Of a stretch of DNA of 64,000 nucleotides, positions 1 to 9,124 are shown one piece after another. The stretch is from an uncultured Acidimicrobiaceae bacterium (lineage in GTDB: Bacteria; Actinomycetota; Acidimicrobiia; Acidimicrobiales; RAAP-2). The stretch lies in assembly GCA_963755495.1 (NCBI GenBank), contig CAVWJS010000012.1, forward strand, positions 262,423-326,422, given 5' to 3'. The position numbers and the translations under genes were made by a program. How positions within the stretch are numbered: position 1 is the stretch's first letter; each line of letters begins with the position of its first letter. The notes below the pieces were generated by a model. The model searched no databases, was not told the DNA's origin, and saw only the letters and a list, made by a program, of their open reading frames with translations.

Positions 1-448
1 TCGTGACATGAAAGTCGTAATTGAAGTCGCTCCCAAAGGAGGAGACGAACGGAAAAGTCCAACCCCGCTGCTGCCGGTACGCCGCAATCTTGGCGTACGG
101 AGCCCGCGCCACGACAGCGAACGCGGTGGACCGCGCCCCGAGGTGTTGCAGCAATCCGTCGGAGATCTCGTCACAGCTCGCGGTGCAAGAGGAGCACCCC
201 TCGTCCCACGAAGGGTCGAACATGAAGTGCTGGACCACCAGCTGACGTCGGTCCTCAAAAAGGTCTCCGAGGTGTAGGGCGCCCTGGGGTCCCTCGAACT
301 CGTAGTCCCTCTCAATCGCCACCATGGGCAACCGGCGGCGCTCCGTGTTCAGCGCGTCCTTTTGGCGCGTGTGCTCCTTCTCCCGGGCCAGAAGTGCCTT
401 ACGGGCCACCAGCCACTCTTCTCGGGAGGCGATCTCTGGCAGGCTCAT
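1..448 (-). CDS. DUF899 thioredoxin-like family protein (C-terminal part runs off the window edge)
   Basis: The minus-strand ORF starts at ATG 448 (GGAGGA 5 nt upstream) and stays open to position 1, so it is absent from the ORF track. My translation MSLPEIASREEWLVARKALLAREKEHTRQKDALNTERRRLPMV...QHFMFDPSWDEGCSSCT...RGWTFPFVSSFGSDFNYDFHV follows the DUF899 family pattern. Confidence 0.8.
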   Translation of the reverse strand, partial: MSLPEIASREEWLVARKALLAREKEHTRQKDALNTERRRLPMVAIERDYEFEGPQGALHLGDLFEDRRQLVVQHFMFDPSWDEGCSSCTASCDEISDGLLQHLGARSTAFAVVARAPYAKIAAYRQQRGWTFPFVSSFGSDFNYDFHVT

Positions 449-716
449 GGGGGTCCTCCTCTAGGTTGCAGCGTCCGGTGCGCACGTCACGGGCCGGCTG
501 CGGAACCGGGTGCCATAGGCGCAGCCCCGGGGATCGCGATCAACGAGCATCGCCGCCCTCGGTCTCGAGATGCCGCTCCTCACGCCAAGGTAGACGGCGT
601 GTCGAGCGGGAACTCATCGAAGGCCGCAGGCTGGACCTCTCGGATCCCCCAGACCTCCAGATACAATGAACGTTCAGGCTCTCAGCTTTAACCCAGACTT
701 CGCTCCGAGGAGGAAA

Positions 717-1466
717 ATGTCGGGTCACTCCAAGTGGGCGACAACCAAATACCGCAAAGGCGCACAGGACAAGGCCCGCGCCAAAATCTTCGCCAAGCTC
801 ATCCGCCAGGTCGAGGTGGCGGCGCGCGAGGGCGGGGGCGACATGGACGCGAACGCCACCCTGCGGACCGCTTATCAGAAGGCGCGGAGCTCATCGGTCC
901 CGCTTGACACCATTGAGAAGGCGATCAAGCGGGGGACGGGTGAGCTGGAGGGAGTGCGGTACGAGGCCATCAACTATGAGGGCTATGGACCGGCTGGCGT
1001 GGCGATCATGGTCGAGACCCTGAGCGACAATCGCAACCGCACCGGTTCGGAGATCCGCAACCTGTTCAACAAGAACGGCGGCAACATGGCCGAGCCGGGA
1101 GCCGTGGGTTGGCAGTTCGAACGCAAAGGGATCGTCAGCGTTTCGCACGAGCAGGACGAGGACAAGGTGATGGAGATCGCCATGGAGGGGGGCGCGGAGA
1201 ATCTCTCGGACAACGGTGAGTGCTGGATCGTCACGTGCGCCCCGGCTGACCTCGAGGCCGTCCGGCACGCCCTCGACGAGGCCGGTATCACGCCGGAGTC
1301 CGTCGACCTTTCGCTGGAGCCGACCACGTTGGTGCCGGTTCCCGACGAGGGAGACGCCAAGCGGGTCCTCCGGTTGCTCGAGGCCATCGACGACCATGAT
1401 GACGTCCAGGCGGTCCACGCCAATGCCGACATTCCCGACGCGGTGCTGGCCGCTTTCGAGGGTTGA
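717..1466 (+). CDS. yebC: YebC/PmpR family DNA-binding transcriptional regulator
   Basis: Lies in ORF 666..1466. AGGAGG precedes ATG 717. The N-terminus MSGHSKWATTKYRKGAQDKARAKIFAKLIRQVEVAAREGGGD is the YebC/TACO1 signature. It sits directly upstream of ruvC, as in many bacteria. Confidence 0.9.
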   Translation: MSGHSKWATTKYRKGAQDKARAKIFAKLIRQVEVAAREGGGDMDANATLRTAYQKARSSSVPLDTIEKAIKRGTGELEGVRYEAINYEGYGPAGVAIMVETLSDNRNRTGSEIRNLFNKNGGNMAEPGAVGWQFERKGIVSVSHEQDEDKVMEIAMEGGAENLSDNGECWIVTCAPADLEAVRHALDEAGITPESVDLSLEPTTLVPVPDEGDAKRVLRLLEAIDDHDDVQAVHANADIPDAVLAAFEG

Positions 1467-1506
1467 TCCACCCGATCGTGTAAGGCTCCGACTACGCTAC
1501 GAACGC

Positions 1507-2031
1507 ATGTTCGTATTGGGAATCGACCCTGGGCTGTCCCGCTGTGGCTACGGCCTGGTGGCCCGGGGTGAGGCCGACAGCGCACTGAGAGCGCGCGCCG
1601 CCGGCGTGATCGAGACAGATCCGGCGGCGGATTTGCCCGAACGGCTCCTGATCCTTCACCGTGAGCTGCAGGCCCTGGTGAGTGAGTTCTCGCCCGAGGT
1701 GGTGGCGGTGGAGCGAGTCTTCTTCCAGGTCAACGTCAAGACGGCGATGTCGGTTGGCCAAGCGAGCGGGTTGGCCCTTCTCGTCGCCGCCGAAGCTGGC
1801 TGCGAGGTGGCGCAGTACACCTCGAACGAGGTCAAACAGGCGCTCGTCGGCTACGGCGCCGCCACCAAGGAGCAAGTACAGCGGATGGTGGCGAACGTGC
1901 TTGGGTTGGCGGTGCCACCCAGCCCGCCTGATGCCGCCGACGCGCTGGCGCTCGCCATCTGTCATCTGACCACCGTTCCGTTGCGGCGCGCCATGGGAGC
2001 CGCACTCGCCCGCCGAGCGGGCTCATCATGA
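1507..2031 (+). CDS. ruvC: crossover junction endodeoxyribonuclease RuvC
   Basis: This is the tail of ORF 1216..2031, starting at ATG 1507. It reads MFVLGIDPGLSRCGYGLV...ERVFFQVNVKTAMSVGQASG...PPDAADALALAICH and begins the ruvC-ruvA-ruvB order. Confidence 0.9.
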   Translation: MFVLGIDPGLSRCGYGLVARGEADSALRARAAGVIETDPAADLPERLLILHRELQALVSEFSPEVVAVERVFFQVNVKTAMSVGQASGLALLVAAEAGCEVAQYTSNEVKQALVGYGAATKEQVQRMVANVLGLAVPPSPPDAADALALAICHLTTVPLRRAMGAALARRAGSS

Positions 2032-2044
2032 AGGAGGAGCTGTC

Positions 2045-2650
2045 GTGATCGGACTCTTGCGGGGCAAGGTCGTGCTTCGTTCAGCCGAAGGTGAGGTGAT
2101 CATCGACGTGTCCGGCGTGGGGTATCGAGTCGCAGTGACTCCCGCCACAGCCGTGGCCCTCATGGTCGGTGGGACGTCCAACGAAGCGACGTTGTTCATC
2201 CATACGCACGTTCGGGAGGACGCCATCGTTCTCTACGGTTTCATTCATGACGATGAGCGACGGTGTTTCGAGGTGCTCCTCGGTTCCCATGGCGTCGGGC
2301 CTTCGCTGGCACTGGCAATCATGGCCGTCCTCTCGCCCGCATCGCTCTCAACCGCTGTGCTCGAAGATGATCTGGACATGTTGTGCACGGTCCCCGGAGT
2401 GGGTCGTAAGACGGCAGCGCGGCTGGTGATCGAGCTGAAGAGCCGACTTGACCTTCCCGATCTTTCGCTCGAAATGCCAGGCTCCTCCGGCGGGAGCGCG
2501 ACGCGGACATCGCGCTCGGAGGCCCGGGCCGCCCTGGCCGAGCTCGGCTACGCCCCTGAGGAGATCCGTGGCGCCCTCGACGGGTTGCGCGACGATGTCG
2601 GTGTGGAAGAGATGCTGCGCCTGGCGTTGCGCGAGCTGGCCAGCCGGTGA
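2045..2650 (+). CDS. ruvA: Holliday junction branch migration complex subunit RuvA
   Basis: ORF 2045..2650 (GTG start). It reads MIGLLRGKV...GVGYRV and carries the helix-hairpin-helix motif VPGVGRKTAARLVIELK. Confidence 0.9.
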   Translation: MIGLLRGKVVLRSAEGEVIIDVSGVGYRVAVTPATAVALMVGGTSNEATLFIHTHVREDAIVLYGFIHDDERRCFEVLLGSHGVGPSLALAIMAVLSPASLSTAVLEDDLDMLCTVPGVGRKTAARLVIELKSRLDLPDLSLEMPGSSGGSATRTSRSEARAALAELGYAPEEIRGALDGLRDDVGVEEMLRLALRELASR

Positions 2651-2732
2651 TGCATTCGGCGCGGCAGGCACCGTCGCTTTATGAGATGGGCACGATGTCC
2701 GCGCCACGCGGCAGTACACCGCGGGTGCGCCC

Positions 2733-3848
2733 GTGAGTCCGAATGCCCGTCGCGAGGTGCTGGCGATCCCTGACGAGGCCGGACCGACGGGGGCCGGTGC
2801 CGGCGACCCCGACACGAGGTTGGTGGCTCCGGTGGTGGCTGACGGGGGTGAGGAGGTCGAGGAGGCTGGTCTCCGCCCGCGCTCGCTGACGGAGTTCATG
2901 GGCCAGGCCCAGTTGGTGGAGCACCTCGGCATCGTCATTCAAGCGGCCCGACAACGCCAGCAGCCGGTTGACCACATTCTCTTTGCCGGACCGCCCGGTC
3001 TCGGGAAGACATCGCTCGCCGGGATCGTGGCCACCGAAATGGGCGCCGGATTGCGTATTACTTCAGGCCCGGTCCTGACCCGGGCCGGGGACTTGGCTGC
3101 GCTGCTCACGGACTTGCAGGACGGCGACGTTCTCTTCATCGACGAGATCCACCGGCTCCATCGCTCCGTGGAGGAGATGCTCTACTCCGCCATGGAGGAC
3201 GCCAAGCTCGACATTTTGATCGGCAAGGGTCCGACCGCACGTTCAATCCGTCTCGATCTTCCGCGCTTCACGTTGGTCGGCGCTACCACGCGCACCGGCC
3301 TCGTGTCGGGACCACTACGGGATCGATTTGGCTTCGTCGGGCGACTTGATCTTTACGCCGCATCGGAACTTCGGGCAATCGTCGAGCGCTCGGCCCGCAT
3401 CCTTCACGTCGATATCGACGAGGAGGGGGCGACACGGATCTCAGAGCGCTCGCGCGGCACGCCGCGGGTGGCGAATCGGCTCCTACGACGGGTGCGCGAC
3501 TTCGCCGAGGTGCGCGGGAACGGCTCGGTCAACGGGACAACGGCGGCGGAAGGCCTTGATCTCTTTGGCGTCGACGAGCTCGGCCTGGACAAGGTTGATC
3601 GGGCCATCCTCGAGACGTTGTGCGGTCGTTTCGGCGGTCAGCCGATCGGATTGACCACCTTGGCGCAATGCGTCGGGGAAGAGACCGACACCATTGAAGA
3701 CGCCTACGAGCCCTATCTCCTGCAGTGCGGCCTGATCTTGCGGACGGCGCGGGGTCGTATACCGACGCCTCGGGCCTGGGCACACCTGGGCCAGACGCCG
3801 CCCGAGGGATCGATCGCGCCAGAGGCACCAACCCTCTTCGAACCCTGA
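2733..3848 (+). CDS. ruvB: Holliday junction DNA helicase RuvB
   Basis: ORF 2733..3848. It has Walker A GPPGLGKTSLA, Walker B/sensor FIDEIHRL, and TTRTGLVSGPLRDRFG. The start codon is uncertain (N-terminal extension). Confidence 0.93.
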   Translation: MSPNARREVLAIPDEAGPTGAGAGDPDTRLVAPVVADGGEEVEEAGLRPRSLTEFMGQAQLVEHLGIVIQAARQRQQPVDHILFAGPPGLGKTSLAGIVATEMGAGLRITSGPVLTRAGDLAALLTDLQDGDVLFIDEIHRLHRSVEEMLYSAMEDAKLDILIGKGPTARSIRLDLPRFTLVGATTRTGLVSGPLRDRFGFVGRLDLYAASELRAIVERSARILHVDIDEEGATRISERSRGTPRVANRLLRRVRDFAEVRGNGSVNGTTAAEGLDLFGVDELGLDKVDRAILETLCGRFGGQPIGLTTLAQCVGEETDTIEDAYEPYLLQCGLILRTARGRIPTPRAWAHLGQTPPEGSIAPEAPTLFEP

Positions 3849-3863
3849 GGGATTGCCGAGTTG

Positions 3864-5673
3864 TCAGGCCAGGGTCAGGTTGGACTGGGCCACCTGGCGC
3901 AAGGGAAGGAAAACGCGAAATGTGGTGGACCAGCCCGGGGAATCGATGATGTCGACGAATCCCTCGTGGGCCTCCGCTACCGACTTGGCGATTGCCAGTC
4001 CGAGGCCAGTTCCGGGGACGCCCATCTCCATGGCGGCGGCGAGTCGGTAGAACCGCTCGAAGAGCTGCGGCCGGTCCGCTTCGGGGATGCCCGGCCCCTC
4101 GTCCTGCACGAGGACGCGGGCGAAGTCGTCGATCATGTCCACCACCACGTTCACCTTTCCCCCCCGGGGTGAGAATTTGATGGCATTGGACAACAGATTG
4201 CCGAGGAGTTGGTGTAAGCGCGTGGCGTCGCCAAAGACCGGCACTGCGGGACCGGCGGCGAGTGTCACCGATACCGCGGCAGTGGTCGCCGCAGTCTGCG
4301 CTCCATGCACGGAGTCCTCTGCCAGTTGACGCAGGTCGAGCGCCGTGAACGCCACCCGCAGTCCGTGTCCTCCTCCGGGGTCAGCCAGGAGGTCTTCCGC
4401 CACCCGTTGCAACTGTGCCGAGTTACGATCGATAGTGCGCAGCATGCGCATCTGGTCTTCGCTCAAGTCGGGCATGCCGTCCATGAGGAGCTCGATGAAG
4501 CCGCGGATCGACGTGATGGGCGTGCGTAGCTCGTGCGAGACGGTAGCCACGACGTCGTCCTTCATTTTGGTCAGTTGGCGGAGGCGGTTGTTCTGCTCAA
4601 TGAGGGATTGCGTCACTTCCTTCTGAATCGAGTAGAGGCGCTCGCGTTCGGCCGCCAGCTCTTCCCGCTCGGTGACATCGATGGCCACGACGACGTACCC
4701 GCCGCTCGTCCCGGTCTCCGCTCCCTCGGTTCCCCCTTGCGGGGGAAGCGTGCGGACTCGCACGACACAGCGGCGTTGCTCGCCGTTCTTGCGTCGGGCC
4801 GTCCAAGGGACTTCGGCCACCGTTTCGGGGTAGACGGGGTCGAGCGCCTTGCGCATAGCATCGATGGTCCGGCGTCGCTCGGTGATCTGGGCCGGGTCGA
4901 TGAAGTCGGCGATGGAGCGGATACCCACCACCTCTGAGGCGTTGTAGCCCAGCATGAGCTCCGCCCCGGCCGAGAAGAATGTCACGGTTCCCGTTGGATC
5001 GACGCCCATGATGGCGCTTCCTGTGGCGGCCCGCAGCAAGGTCTCGAGGCGCTCGCGGGCGTTGTTGCGCGTCATTGGCATTGCGCTTGGCCAGGTGGGA
5101 TTGCTGGGCGAGATCGCTGACGTAGATGCGGTCGCGGTGGACCATGGTCGAAATGGTGGAGGCGACAAGCGTGGTGACGACGACGAGGACGACCACCTGG
5201 CGCCAAGTCGAAAGTGGGTAGTTGGGTGCCCCGATGAGGAGGATCGGGACCATGAGAGCCAGATCCATGCAGAAGAGCCCGACCAGGAGATGGAGGCGTC
5301 GACCGTAGAGGGACATCCAGACGATCGGGAGTAGGTAAACGACCAGAAGTTCGGAGTCCCTCTCGCCCTGGCCATCGCGGATCAGGGCAATCACCGCCAT
5401 ATAGCCAATGGGGATGATCAGCCAAGCCCAGTCGGGTAAGCGATCCCAGGGCAGGACGAAGGCGGTGGTGAGAAGGAGGAAGAAAAGGAGAAGTGCGATC
5501 AGGATCTCGAGGCGGGCCCCGTGAGGAAACGGAATGATGCCGATGAGGACGGTGCCCAGTGCCACCAGAGCGAAGAGCGGCAGCCGCACCCGGGTCGGGC
5601 CCGAGAAGCCAGGAATTCCGGATCCGCTTGATGTCGGCCTGGCCACCTCGCGTCCCAGCAACCGCTCCTTCAC
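3864..5673 (-). pseudogene. membrane-bound PAS sensor histidine kinase; reading frame broken near 5075-5100 in this assembly
   Basis: Two overlapping minus-strand ORFs lie in different frames. ORF 4597..5673 encodes a multi-TM N-terminal domain up to ...VSDLAQQSHLAKRNAND and then turns Arg/Pro-rich. ORF 3864..5375 is nonsense until MPMTRNNARERLETLL (ATG 5081). It then shows PAS, H-box SHELRTPITSIRG, N-box LLSNAIKF, and G-boxes DEGPGIP and GTGLGLAIAK. Confidence 0.7.
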
Positions 5674-5714
5674 CGGTGGCTGGATGCGGGGACATGCTCA
5701 TGACCGAACTGCGT

Positions 5715-6413
5715 TCACCTTGCCCGCGCGCGATATCGGTATCCAAATCCGCGCACCGTCTCGATCGGACCGTCGTCCTGTTCGCCCCAACCGAGCTTGC
5801 GCCGGAGGCGCAAGACGGCGTACTTCACGCGGGACGGTGCCAAGCCACTTGGGTCGTCCCAGGCCAATTCGATGAGCTGGTCCGAGGAGAGCACCTGGCC
5901 CTGGTGGCGCACCAGAGTGGCCAAGAGGCGGTATTCGGTCGGGGTCAAGACGACCGGGACGCCCGACACGGTGACCTGCGACTCGGAGAAGTCCACCCGG
6001 ATGGTGTCGTCCTCGAAGGAGACGATCGGTTCGTTGCGCTGCACCTGGCGTCGGCTGATGGCCTGAATGCGGGCCAGGAGCTCGACCCGGCTGAACGGCT
6101 TGGTCAGGTAGTCGTCGGCCCCGGCGTTGAGGCCCCGCACCTTGTCCCGTTCGGTGGAAAGCGCCGTCAGCATGAGGACGGGCACGTCGCTCATGTCGCG
6201 GATCCGCTCGAGTACCTGCCACCCATCGAGGTCCGGCATCCCGACGTCGAGAATCACCAGATTGGGCTGCTTCTGGTGGAAGAGGCGGACCCCGTCACGC
6301 CCCAGCATGGCTTCGGTGACGGTGAAACCCTCGCGTTCGAGCATCGTCCGTAGGAGTTGCCGGATGTCTGCTTCGTCCTCAATGACGAGGACTGAAATGT
6401 TCCCATTGCGCAT
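5715..6413 (-). CDS. OmpR/PhoB-family response regulator
   Basis: Lies in ORF 5715..6593, starting at ATG 6413 (MRNGNISVLVIEDEADIRQLL). The receiver domain shows DVGMPDLDG, LTALS and GADDYLTKPF. The winged helix shows LTPTEYRLLATLV...VRGFGYRY. It sits immediately upstream of the kinase gene. Confidence 0.9.
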   Translation of the reverse strand: MRNGNISVLVIEDEADIRQLLRTMLEREGFTVTEAMLGRDGVRLFHQKQPNLVILDVGMPDLDGWQVLERIRDMSDVPVLMLTALSTERDKVRGLNAGADDYLTKPFSRVELLARIQAISRRQVQRNEPIVSFEDDTIRVDFSESQVTVSGVPVVLTPTEYRLLATLVRHQGQVLSSDQLIELAWDDPSGLAPSRVKYAVLRLRRKLGWGEQDDGPIETVRGFGYRYRARAR

Positions 6414-6505
6414 GCAACACTGCACTGTACTGGGAACACCGGGTGAATTTGTGGTTTCTGGGCGCGTGCGTACCAGGACTCGGCGCGCAACGGTGCGCCG
6501 GAGAG

Positions 6506-6555
6506 CCACCATCGGTTCCCACTCGGATGACTCCGACCGATGGTGGTCCCTTTTG
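6506..6555 (+). terminator. terminator-like hairpin with no upstream plus-strand gene (candidate sRNA end or attenuator)
   Basis: An 11-bp perfect stem, CCACCATCGGT (6506-6516) / ACCGATGGTGG (6536-6546), encloses an inner CGGA/TCCG stem and is followed by TCCCTTTTG. It lies in the 540-bp non-coding gap between the response regulator start and yajC. Confidence 0.35.
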
Positions 6556-6716
6556 CCCGGCGCACTGCTGCTGCCATTTCGCTCCCGATTCACCCCTCAA
6601 ATGGGGCGAATCGCTTTCCCCGAAACCCGGGTTGTCGATCTGGTCACCCCCCTCCGGGCGACCAGTAACGGGAGGTCGTCAACTGCGTATGTGCTGGTTC
6701 CCATGCTGGAGGAGAG

Positions 6717-6953
6717 ATGGTGCAACCTCGGCGCATTCGGGTTGCCGTTGGGTTGCCCGACCCGAAATTCGCCGGGTTGGTCCCCGACAGGGGGTTCGAG
6801 CAGGGTCACGCATGGTTCGGGCCGGGCCGGGCCGGCGTCCTCGGCCGAGGGACGATCACCCAGGGCGACCGGCCAACAACCGGCACGAAATGCCAAGATG
6901 CAGGAGATAGGGTGTCGCTTCGCATGCCCCCTTGCTCGAAGGACCCCACATGA
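6717..6953 (+). CDS. hypothetical small Gly/Pro/Arg-rich protein (78 aa), doubtful
   Basis: ORF 6717..6953. GGAGG lies 4 nt before the ATG. The stop TGA overlaps the yajC ATG (ATGA at 6950-6953). I recognise no family. Confidence 0.22.
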   Translation: MVQPRRIRVAVGLPDPKFAGLVPDRGFEQGHAWFGPGRAGVLGRGTITQGDRPTTGTKCQDAGDRVSLRMPPCSKDPT

Positions 6954-7405
6954 CGCAATTTCCCGCCCTCCTCGAAATATTTGCGGCGACGGCAAAGAAG
7001 TCGACGAACCCGGCCCCCTTGATCATCTTGGTAGTGGTGGCCCTCGCCGGCTACTTCCTCTTTCTCAAGCCCCAGCAACGCAAGGCCAAGGCGGCCCGGG
7101 CGAACGTGGGCTCGGGTTACCAGGTCGGCGACGAGGTGCAGACCATCGGCGGGGTCATCGGGACCATTCTCGAGATCCACGGCGACCGCTATACCCTCCT
7201 CACCGGGAGTACGGGCAGCGATGGGAACCTCGACGGCGCCCAGCCCACTCGTATCGTGTTCGTGCGCCAAGCCATCGCGCGCAAGTTGGAGCCATTGGTG
7301 GTGGCGGATCCTGACGCGGGCATCGACGACGACGATCATGGTCACCTGCACGGCCACGAGTCAGTGGAGATCGAAGACCACGACGGGGAGGATCAGGAGG
7401 CGTGA
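6950..7405 (+). CDS. yajC: preprotein translocase subunit YajC
   Basis: Lies in ORF 6932..7405. It has one TM segment (PLIILVVVALAGYFLFL) followed by KPQQRKAKA...GDEVQTIGGVIGTILEI, the YajC pattern. It sits directly upstream of secD. The start could be 6932 (TTG) or 6950 (ATG). Confidence 0.85.
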   Translation: MTQFPALLEIFAATAKKSTNPAPLIILVVVALAGYFLFLKPQQRKAKAARANVGSGYQVGDEVQTIGGVIGTILEIHGDRYTLLTGSTGSDGNLDGAQPTRIVFVRQAIARKLEPLVVADPDAGIDDDDHGHLHGHESVEIEDHDGEDQEA

Positions 7406-9124
7406 GCCCGGCGTCGTCTCGAGCCCAGACGCGGCAGAGGCGGAACCTTCTCCTCAGCGTGTTGGCCGTCGTGGTCATCGCGGTGGGTTCATTTGCTGCC
7501 GTCTTCTCGGTGAAATGGACCCCGCGCCTCGGCCTCGATCTGGCCGGAGGACTTTCCGTCGTCTACCAAACAGCGAAAACCGTGCCGCAGTCCGAGCTCC
7601 AAGAAACCGTTGCCATCCTCAACAACCGAGTGAACGGACTCGGGGTGTCGGGGGCACAGGTGAGCACGGCGGGGAGCAACGAGATCTCGGTGTCGATCCC
7701 CGGCGTGAAAAATGCGCACGCCCTTCTCCAAGAAATCGGAAACACGGCGCAGCTCTACTTCCGCCCGGTTCTCTGCACGGCTTACCCGCTGTCGCTGACG
7801 CCGGCCACAAAGGCCACCAAGACGGCCAAGGCCAAGCCGGCCGAGAAAGGCATTTCCGGGAACAAGACGTTGCCGGCCTGCGGCCAGCCAATACGCAACG
7901 AATGCGGCCAATCTGGCGGTCACGCCCAACAGTTCCGTGCAGGGCTACTCATCCAACAACCCGTCGCCCGACCCAACGTTCGCCCAGTACACGAGCACCA
8001 GTACTGACGTGGCGAACTATCCGCACCGCACCGTCCTCCTGCCGAGCCTTCCGGCCAGCGGCTCATCGGAAAAGAACTCCTTGCGCTACGTGCTCGGTCC
8101 GGAGCAGATGACAGGAACATCCATCGGCTCGGCCGTGGCGCAGCAGAACCAGACCGGTCAATGGGAGGTCAACTACTCCCTCAAGGGCAGCGCCGGTTCC
8201 ACTTTGTGGGACACGGTGGCCAAGGAGAACTTCCACCTGCTCCTCGGGATCGAGCTCGACGGCGTGGTGCAATCGGCGCCGCTCATCCAACCGACGCAAG
8301 CCGGGTTCACCTCGTTTGGCGGCCAGGGCACCATCAGCGGCGGCAACATGACGGAGAATGACGCCAAGGTGCTGGCCCAGGCCATGGAGTTCGGCTCCCT
8401 GCCTGTCCGTCTCAACCAGCTGACCACGCAGACGGTCTCGCCCACCCTCGGCAAGTCCGCCCTGCGGGCCGGCTTGGGCGCCGGTGTCGCCGGTCTCGTC
8501 CTCGTGCTCCTGTACGTTTTGTTGTACTACCGGGCCTTGGGAGCCGTAGTGATCTCGGGCTTGGCGCTGACCGCGGCGACGCTGTGGGCCATTATCTCGG
8601 CCCTCGGGCATACCTCGTTCAGCCCGAGTTTCGACCTGGCTGGCATCACGGGCCTCATCGTGTCCATCGGTATCACGGTTGACTCCTACATCGTCTATTT
8701 CGAACGACTGAAGGACGAGACGCGGGCCGGGCGCTCCATTCGCACTTCGGTCGATCGCGGCTTCAAGAGCGCCTGGCGGACAGTGTGGGCGGCTGACTTC
8801 GTCTCGTTGCTGGCCGCCGTCGTCCTCTACGTGGTGGCCGTAGGGGACGTGAAGGGCTTCGCTTTCTTCCTTGGACTGTCAACCATCATGGACATGGCTG
8901 TGACCTGGTTCTATACCCGACCCCTGGTCATCTTGCTGGGGAGGAGCGATCGACTCCAGGGCGGTGGCCGCTTCGGTATTGCCCGTGGCCTGGCCATACA
9001 GGGACGTGAGCCCGGTAGTCAGGAGCCTTCCGACGATGTGGCGGCCGGTGCGTCTGGCTCAGGAGTTGCAGGGCCGGCGCGCAGGAGCGGGGTCATAAAG
9101 CCCGGGCGGGTGCCGGCATCATGA
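7402..9124 (+). pseudogene. secD: protein translocase subunit SecD; frame switch near 7880-7890 in this assembly
   Basis: ORF 7402..8007 carries the SecD N-terminus (TM, LGLDLAGGLSVVY, NEISVSIPGV). ORF 7937..9124, one frame over, carries the periplasmic domain (GIELDGVVQSAPLI, FGSLPVRL) and the C-terminal TM bundle (GITGLIVSIGITVDSYIVYFERLKDE). Upstream of 7937 the second frame already reads ...SQYATNAANLAVTPNSS. Confidence 0.85.

Noticed and set aside
6785-6810. A GGGGTTCGAGCAGGG segment resembling a tRNA T-arm (GGTTCGA), and similar GGTTC strings at 57.7 kb.
   Set aside because: I could not fold a matching acceptor stem, D-arm or anticodon arm around any of them. I found no tRNA, tmRNA, RNase P or SRP RNA signature motifs in the window.
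6127-7314. A 395-aa plus-strand ORF spanning the response-regulator gene (antisense), the 540-bp gap and yajC (out of frame).
   Set aside because: It has no domain signal. It crosses an intergenic region containing a strong hairpin and conflicts with two well-supported genes.
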